Below, one piece after another: positions 57,718 to 64,000 of a DNA stretch of 64,000 bases. Within the stretch, counting starts at the first letter, position 1, and each line of letters opens with the position of its first letter. Both the position numbers and the translations under genes were made by a program. Below the pieces are notes generated by a model. The model did no database searches, was not told where the DNA came from, and worked only from the letters and a program-made list of their open reading frames with translations. The stretch is from the human T2T-CHM13v2.0 reference genome, Homo sapiens, in NCBI RefSeq assembly GCF_009914755.1, contig NC_060945.1. One strand, written 5' to 3'.

Positions 57718-59199
57718 GCACACTTTCTTCTGACTCCTTAAAGACTTTACTTTTTAAGACATTTTAAGTATTGGAGCTCTGGTAAAAAAAATAAATAAAT
57801 AAATAAAAAAGAGGTAAAAAGTGTAATTAGTGTATCTGTACATTTTGTAAAATTCCGCAGTCGAAAGCAAGGATGGACTTTGTCTCTCCTTTTTTATTTT
57901 ACCTTATATATCTTAATTTCTTGACACGAGTTGTAGATTAATTTGATGTTTGATTCTCTTAAAATAGAGATAAGGAAAAGAATTTTCCTCTTTGCTGTGT
58001 CCATTATAAAAAAGGAACAGCCGGAAGAAACAATGATTTTGCTATCTTTTCATTTCCAAACATTTTTGAAAATTTGTCTTGGAAAGACCTTTTATATGCA
58101 TACTGAACGGTACTCATTTAAGTAGCCGATATCAAATCACTCTTTCTAGCAAATTTATTTGGTCAGTTTCTTAAAAATTTCTTTCATAGTAAATCCACCT
58201 GGAAGGCACACGAGGAGGATGATGTTCTTAGAACTCGGCTCTTGTTTGTTGCATGACAGGTGTTTCCACTGTCCTGGTGTGCATCTGGCAACAGCTGCAA
58301 CGAACCTTTTTCAGAATAAAGCCGTGTTTATCACTGTCCATGGTGAGGAACTTTGAGTCTTCATACAAGTGTTAAGTACAGGAGCTGGAAGAGACATGAC
58401 TTACTTTCTCAGAGGCTGGTTGTGCCCCCAGGCACTCCTGCAGTTCACCTGTTTTGGCATTTCAGACAGTGCACGCTTGGTCTCCAAAGGTAAGGAATTT
58501 GTGCTGCTATCTCTAATTAGCAGTAGAATATACTTATTTTTTCCAGCCTTGGATAAAATCATCCTGCTGCTTAGTCTGGCATAAAGCTTCTGTCAAAGTT
58601 CTGGTTAAAAAGAAAAGACATTTCCAGAGGGTAGTTTAGGAGACACGCTCTATGGCCACTCTTCTATGTAATTTAAATGTAATCTTTGGATTAAAATATC
58701 ATATGATGGCTGCAAAAGTCAATCGCAGCACCTCAGCATGCAATAAATTTACCTTCACTGGACTGTATTCTAATGTGCAGCTTGGGGTTTTTATCAAAGC
58801 CAAGCAAATTGAGGAACTGGATTTGTTATTAACACCACTTTTATGAACATCTTGCATTGCATCACTCTATAGTTCCAACCTCATGTCCCAGAAGAAAATG
58901 TATCTAAACATTTGGTACACCAGAGCCTTTGTATGGTTTGAGGAACTGATGTATTTCTTCTCTCAGGTAAAGCGAGAATGAGGTGTCACATTTTCCCCTT
59001 CACTTTGGATTCTAGGATGTATAGTTATGGCCTGTATCGATGCTAACTTAAGGTGTAGTATATTTGCTTTTCTCCTTTTTATTTTGTTTTCCTCCTTTTC
59101 TATGTTGTTGTTTTTATTGTGCTTCTTTTTTCCAGTAATTCCCTTTAAATCCTTGTGTTTTACCGTGGAAAAGAACAAACTTATGATATATATACATAT

Positions 59200-59493
59200 A
59201 TTTTTTTTCGAGACAGAGCCTCACTCTTGTCACCCAGGCTGGAGTGTGTTGGCTCGAGTTTGGCTCACTGCAACTTCCGCCTCCCCAGTTCAAGCAATTC
59301 TCCTGTCTCAACCTCCCAAGTAGCTGGGATTACAGGCACCCGCCACCACGCCCAGCTAATTTTTTGTATTTTTAGTAGAAACGGGGTTTTGCCATGTTGG
59401 CCAGGCTAGTCTTGAACTTGCGACCTCAAGTGATCAACCCGCCTTGGCCTCCCAAAATGTTGGGATTACAGGCGTGAGCCACTGCTCCCAGCC
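59200..59493 (-). mobile_element. AluSq/Sx-like SINE
   Basis: Reverse Alu dimer. Confidence 0.95.
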
Positions 59494-60949
59494 AATTTGT
59501 TTTCTTTTAAATGAACATTAAAAATGAGAACTGTATAAACCTAAAAAATTTTTCTGTCTTCTAAAAGTTCAACTCCATAGGTCCCTCTCATGAAAGAGAG
59601 AAATCAGCAGCCATCTAACCTGGGCAATAGAGAGCAGGCCACTCCAATCCCCCTCACAGACATTTCCAGATGCTAAGAAGTCTTGTTTGTAAGAGATATA
59701 AAAACATGATGATGGTCTCTTTCCTCCTTTCAATAATACGTGAAATTTCGTGAAATCTAAAGGCAGTTACAACGGTCAAAAGGCTTGTGATGTTATGCTC
59801 AACTCTACACAAAACTTTGACATACACCTTGCTATTATTTCTGTGGACTTATGAGTAGGGCATAGAAAATTTCAGTTTGGTAATTTAACTGAACTTTGTC
59901 TCTAAGATAGATTAAACATAGCTAGCTTTAGATGTTCTTCTCCATATTTTTAATATTTCAGTATATTTTGTATACTTCATTTCTGACAAAAAAAATTAGC
60001 TTCATACAAAACAAAAAAGGATTAGGCTAGGATGAATTTATAAATATAGTCGGTTTTTTTCCCCCTTTTAACCACTTCACAATGATTTGCTTCATTTGTT
60101 AGGGTTGGTCTAATACAGGCATTCTTTTATAATTTGTCATCTATATCAATTCATTTGACATTTTCCTGAAGTATCCAAAATGTGAAAGGAAGAATACATG
60201 AATAATTGGTCAGAACTGTCTTTGTAGGATTCAGGGCATTTCAATGTGGAGCTTCCCTGCGTTGACATTGCCATTAGGATTAACACTTGTAGAAAACCCA
60301 ATATAAAGCAAAAGACCTGAGATGATGGAGAAGACCTCAGGTGGATGCAACCAAAAATTGAGGCCGGTGCTGTTCTCAGCTTGACATCTGTATTCTGCCT
60401 TCTCTTTATACCATCTTTGAAGGCTTATTCGCTGTGACAATTCCTGACTCACAGATGTGTTTTGAGCCCTTCTCAACAGAGTAGCTAGTTGCCAGGTGGT
60501 GCGATTTTTTAAAATAGAAAGCTAGAGAGAGAGTTTATTTTCAGAACCAATCAATCAAGCCCTACTATACATGACAATAAAATAGGCATAAGAGAAAATT
60601 GTCCTGATAATTGTCACAGGCTTTGATGCTAGATGCTTAGATCTCTTATAAATTGTAGTCAGTGGGGTTTTGGGTCATATTTAATTTTATTTAGAAGAAT
60701 TAATGTACCATTTTAGCCCCGAATTATTAAATTTAAATATGTGCCACTAAATCTGGAGCCACATCTGAACTTAATTCATTTCATGTTTTTTGGTGACAAT
60801 TTGGGTGCATTCCCAATGATACTGCAAACATATGAAAGGAGCGAATGAACTGAAATATGGTGGAGGAACTGAGAGTTCTCCTTGCTCTTGAGCTTGCACA
60901 AAGCCCGAAGGGCTTGCACAAGGTTCTTGCTTAGAAATAAAGCTTCTTT

Positions 60950-61482
60950 AATCCAATTACTGGGTATATACCCAAAGGAACATAAATCATTCTACCATAA
61001 AGACACACTCACGTGTAGTTCATTTTAACGCTATTCACGACAGCAGGGACATGGAATCAACCTAAATGCCCATCAACGGCAGATTGGGGAAAGAAAATGT
61101 GGTACATATACACCATGGAATGCTATGCAGCCATAAAAAAAATAAAATCATGTATTTTGCGGGAACATGGATGGAGCTGGAGGCCGTTATTTGTAGCAAA
61201 GTGACACAAGAACGGAAAATCAAATGCCACATGTTCTCACTTATAAGTGGGAGCTAATTAATGAGAACACATAGGCACAGAGAAGGAAATAACAGACACT
61301 GGAGTCTACTTGAGGGTAGAAGGTGGGAGGAGGGAGGGAATCAGAAAAAAATTACTATTGGGTAATAGGCTTAATACTTGGGTGATGAAATAATCTGTAC
61401 AATAAACCCCATGACACAAGTTTACCGAGATAATGAACCTGCACATGTACCCCTGTACCTAAAATAAAAAATTTTAAAAAAA
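60950..61482 (+). mobile_element. 5'-truncated L1PA13-16-like LINE
   Basis: ttactgggtatatacccaaagga...gaacctgcacatgtacccctg...aaaataaaaa. Confidence 0.92.
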
Positions 61483-61739
61483 GACAGTCTTGTGACCTTC
61501 CTGAGAGAAAAATTATACCACACTGTCTAGAAAGCTTATCTTCTACTAAGCAATCAATTTCAGGAACATGCAGAATATTAAGAGGAAGTGGACAAACCCT
61601 TAGCCACTCAGAAGTGGAAACTATGAGAAGCCATTAAACAATACAAAGACTGTTAATACTATTTCTGTTTTGTCTAAATAATTCTGCTTCTAGGAATCTA
61701 TATAAAATTATATGCAAAATGTGTTATAGTAGAATTCTT

Positions 61740-61877
61740 TTTTTTATTTTTATTTATTTTAGCGACGAAGGCTCACTATGTTGCCCAGGCTGGTCTCAAA
61801 TTTCTGGGCTCAAGCAATCCTCCCCTCTTTGCCTCCCAAAGTGCTGGGATTATAGGCGTGAACCACGGTCCCCAGCC
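61740..61877 (-). mobile_element. FLAM (free left Alu monomer)
   Basis: Single left monomer; perfect TSD tagaattctt. Confidence 0.9.
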
Positions 61878-62079
61878 TAGAATTCTTAGTATTTGACAAA
61901 AACTGGGAATAACTTCGATGTCCAGTGGTATGGAATAAGTACATGTATCATTTGGGAAATTCCCTTCCCTACTTTTCTATGTAGGATTATTTATTTCCTG
62001 GACCCCACGTTGCTCTCTTTTTTGGTTTTACTTGTTTGTTTTGCTGGATCAGATCTTCTGGGGGCTCATCGAGAAAGAT

Positions 62080-62780
62080 TACAGAGAAAGGATGCAAACA
62101 CAGTAATGTTTTAGAATATTTTTGTCTAAAAATGGCTTTAATTCATACTTATACTTAATGGTTTGATCGGATATCAAATTTAGTTTGAAATATTTTTTCT
62201 CTGAGTTGTGAAGATATTATGCTCTTCACTTCTTGATTTCAGCGTTGCTGTTGAAAGTTCTATGTCATAATTTTTCATCCTTTTTATATGACCTTATTCC
62301 AGGGTTCTGATATTTTACAATATGCCTTAGTGAGATTACTCTTTTCTATATTGTACTTTGCTTTTTGATGGACTCTTTAAGTCTGAAGTTTCATGTTTTT
62401 TTAGTTCCAAAGCTTTTATTTATATTGTTTTCTAGTGTATTTTTTTTCTGTCTTCTCCCTATCTTGAACTGGACATTTGACTCCCTGGACTGGTCATCTA
62501 ATTTTGTTAACTTTTCTTTACAATTTTGCATCTTTTTTTATTTATGTTTTATCTTAAGGAAAATTTATCTGATTTTATTATTCATTCCTTTCATTGACTT
62601 TTTTTATTCTTGCCATCATATTTTTTGAATTTCCAGGAATCTTTTCTTAAGTATTGCTTTTTTGTTCACTATTCCATATATTAAAATTATGCTGCTTCAA
62701 TTTTCCTTATCCATAAATTTCTATTTTATATTATCATTTGTCTTTTACTGCTGCTTTTTGTGCAAACTTCTTAATATATG
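62080..62780 (-). mobile_element. Ancient L1M fragments
   Basis: T-rich degenerate L1 antisense (agcgttgctgttgaaagttc...). Confidence 0.5.
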
Positions 62781-62899
62781 TAGGATAGTAAAAAGAACAT
62801 ACTTTTGTCATTGTTGATTTTTTCTGTTGTATAGTTGGTGACTATGCTTCTGCTTCTTTCTTTTATCTTTCTTTCAGCTTACATTCCTTTTTTTCCAAA

Positions 62900-64000
62900 A
62901 TTTAACAGTTACCCACTCTATTACTTATATCTAAATAAATTGCAAATTGAACAAATACTTAAATATTTAAACAAAAATAAAAATTCTGAAAATTCATGAG
63001 GCAATTCGTTTATAACCTCAGAGTGAACAAGGCTTTTTAAACTGTTTTAAAATCCAAGGCAGCAAATAAATTAACTTTAACTACATTAATATAAAAATCT
63101 TCAATGCAAAAAATCATTAATTATGATTGACTCAGCATTTCTGCTTCTGGAAATCTATCCTATAGATATCTATACTCTACATATAACATTATGAAATTGT
63201 TTATAACGTGAAATACTGGAAGTGTGCATTAGTAATGAAATTTTTATTACTGTTGAATAATATGTAGCTAAAGAAAAACATGGCAATGCTTCCTGATAAC
63301 ATCAAATCCAAGGTATATTGTTAAGTGAATAAACCAAAATGCAGAATAGTGAATATAACAAGCCATTTTTTGTGCAAAAGGGAAAAATTAAAAATAAATA
63401 TATTGTATTTTCTTGTAATTTCATAAAGAAACATTGAAAAAAATAAGAAAATAAGAAAAGTAGTTTCTAAAGGTGGAAAAAAAGGGAAGAGCTTAGAAGT
63501 AGACCGGATAGGTGAGAGACTTCTCAATGCATGTTTTTGTATATTATTTTGATTTTTGTACCACATGAGTTTATATTCTATTCATTTATTAATATCAAAT
63601 ATATACAAAATAAAAATAGTCAATAAAATTCGAAAAAATATGTGTGAAACCTTTATGGAGAAAGTTATACAACTTTTAAAAGAAATAAATGAGATATATT
63701 ATATTCATGAACTGTAAAAGTCGGTTCTCCTCAAAATGATTTATGGAGTCAATTCATGCTTATTCCAAATTTTAAGATTTTTAGTGGAACTTGTCCAGCT
63801 GATTTAAAAATTTTAATGTAAGTTCCAAGATCTACCAATAGGTAAGATAATCCTGAAGAATAACAAATTGGAAAGACGTGTGTTCTGCCAAATATGTAGA
63901 CTTATTTTAAAGCTATAGTAATAAATACAGTACAGTCAGAACAAGGATAGGCACATAGATCAACAGAACAAATAATGAACTCAGAAACACTCTATGCATA
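62900..64000 (+). mobile_element. Ancient L1M(E) ORF2/3' fragments
   Basis: gactcagcatttctgcttctggaaatctatcc; agacttattttaaagctatagtaat...catagatcaacagaac. Confidence 0.65.

Noticed and set aside
60218-60480. Possible spliced exon after tgtctttgtag
   Set aside because: The acceptor-like site has no convincing donor and the frame I checked hits a stop; a lncRNA exon cannot be supported without RNA data

Overview
This is primate, almost certainly human/hominoid, AT-rich non-coding DNA (intergenic or deep intronic). I find no credible protein-coding gene, RNA gene or CpG island. Most long ORFs in the track are Alu, LTR or L1 artefacts, and I could not support any of the rest as genes. Roughly half or more of the window is fossil transposable elements. 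These include about 15 Alu/FLAM copies, a complete THE1C MaLR provirus, a near-full-length L1PB with four nested insertions, a HERV-H LTR7 solo LTR, a MER41A LTR, several MLT/MST/THE1 solo LTRs, ERV1 and ERVL pol fossils, DNA-transposon MITEs and ancient L2/MIR pieces. The most unusual structure not explained by repeat annotation is a cluster of short, locally templated insertions inside the L1 5' UTR (42.6-43.9 kb). All are copied from a ~240-bp donor at 44.66-44.91 kb, and one is a perfect 36-bp inverted copy with a 5-bp flanking duplication. A second oddity is an ancient dispersed duplication of one defective LTR16/ERVL element (6.45-7.3 kb and 48.5-48.7 kb versus 50.5-52.0 kb). Repeat family names come from my recall of consensus sequences and were not checked by a search. 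I cannot identify the chromosomal locus.
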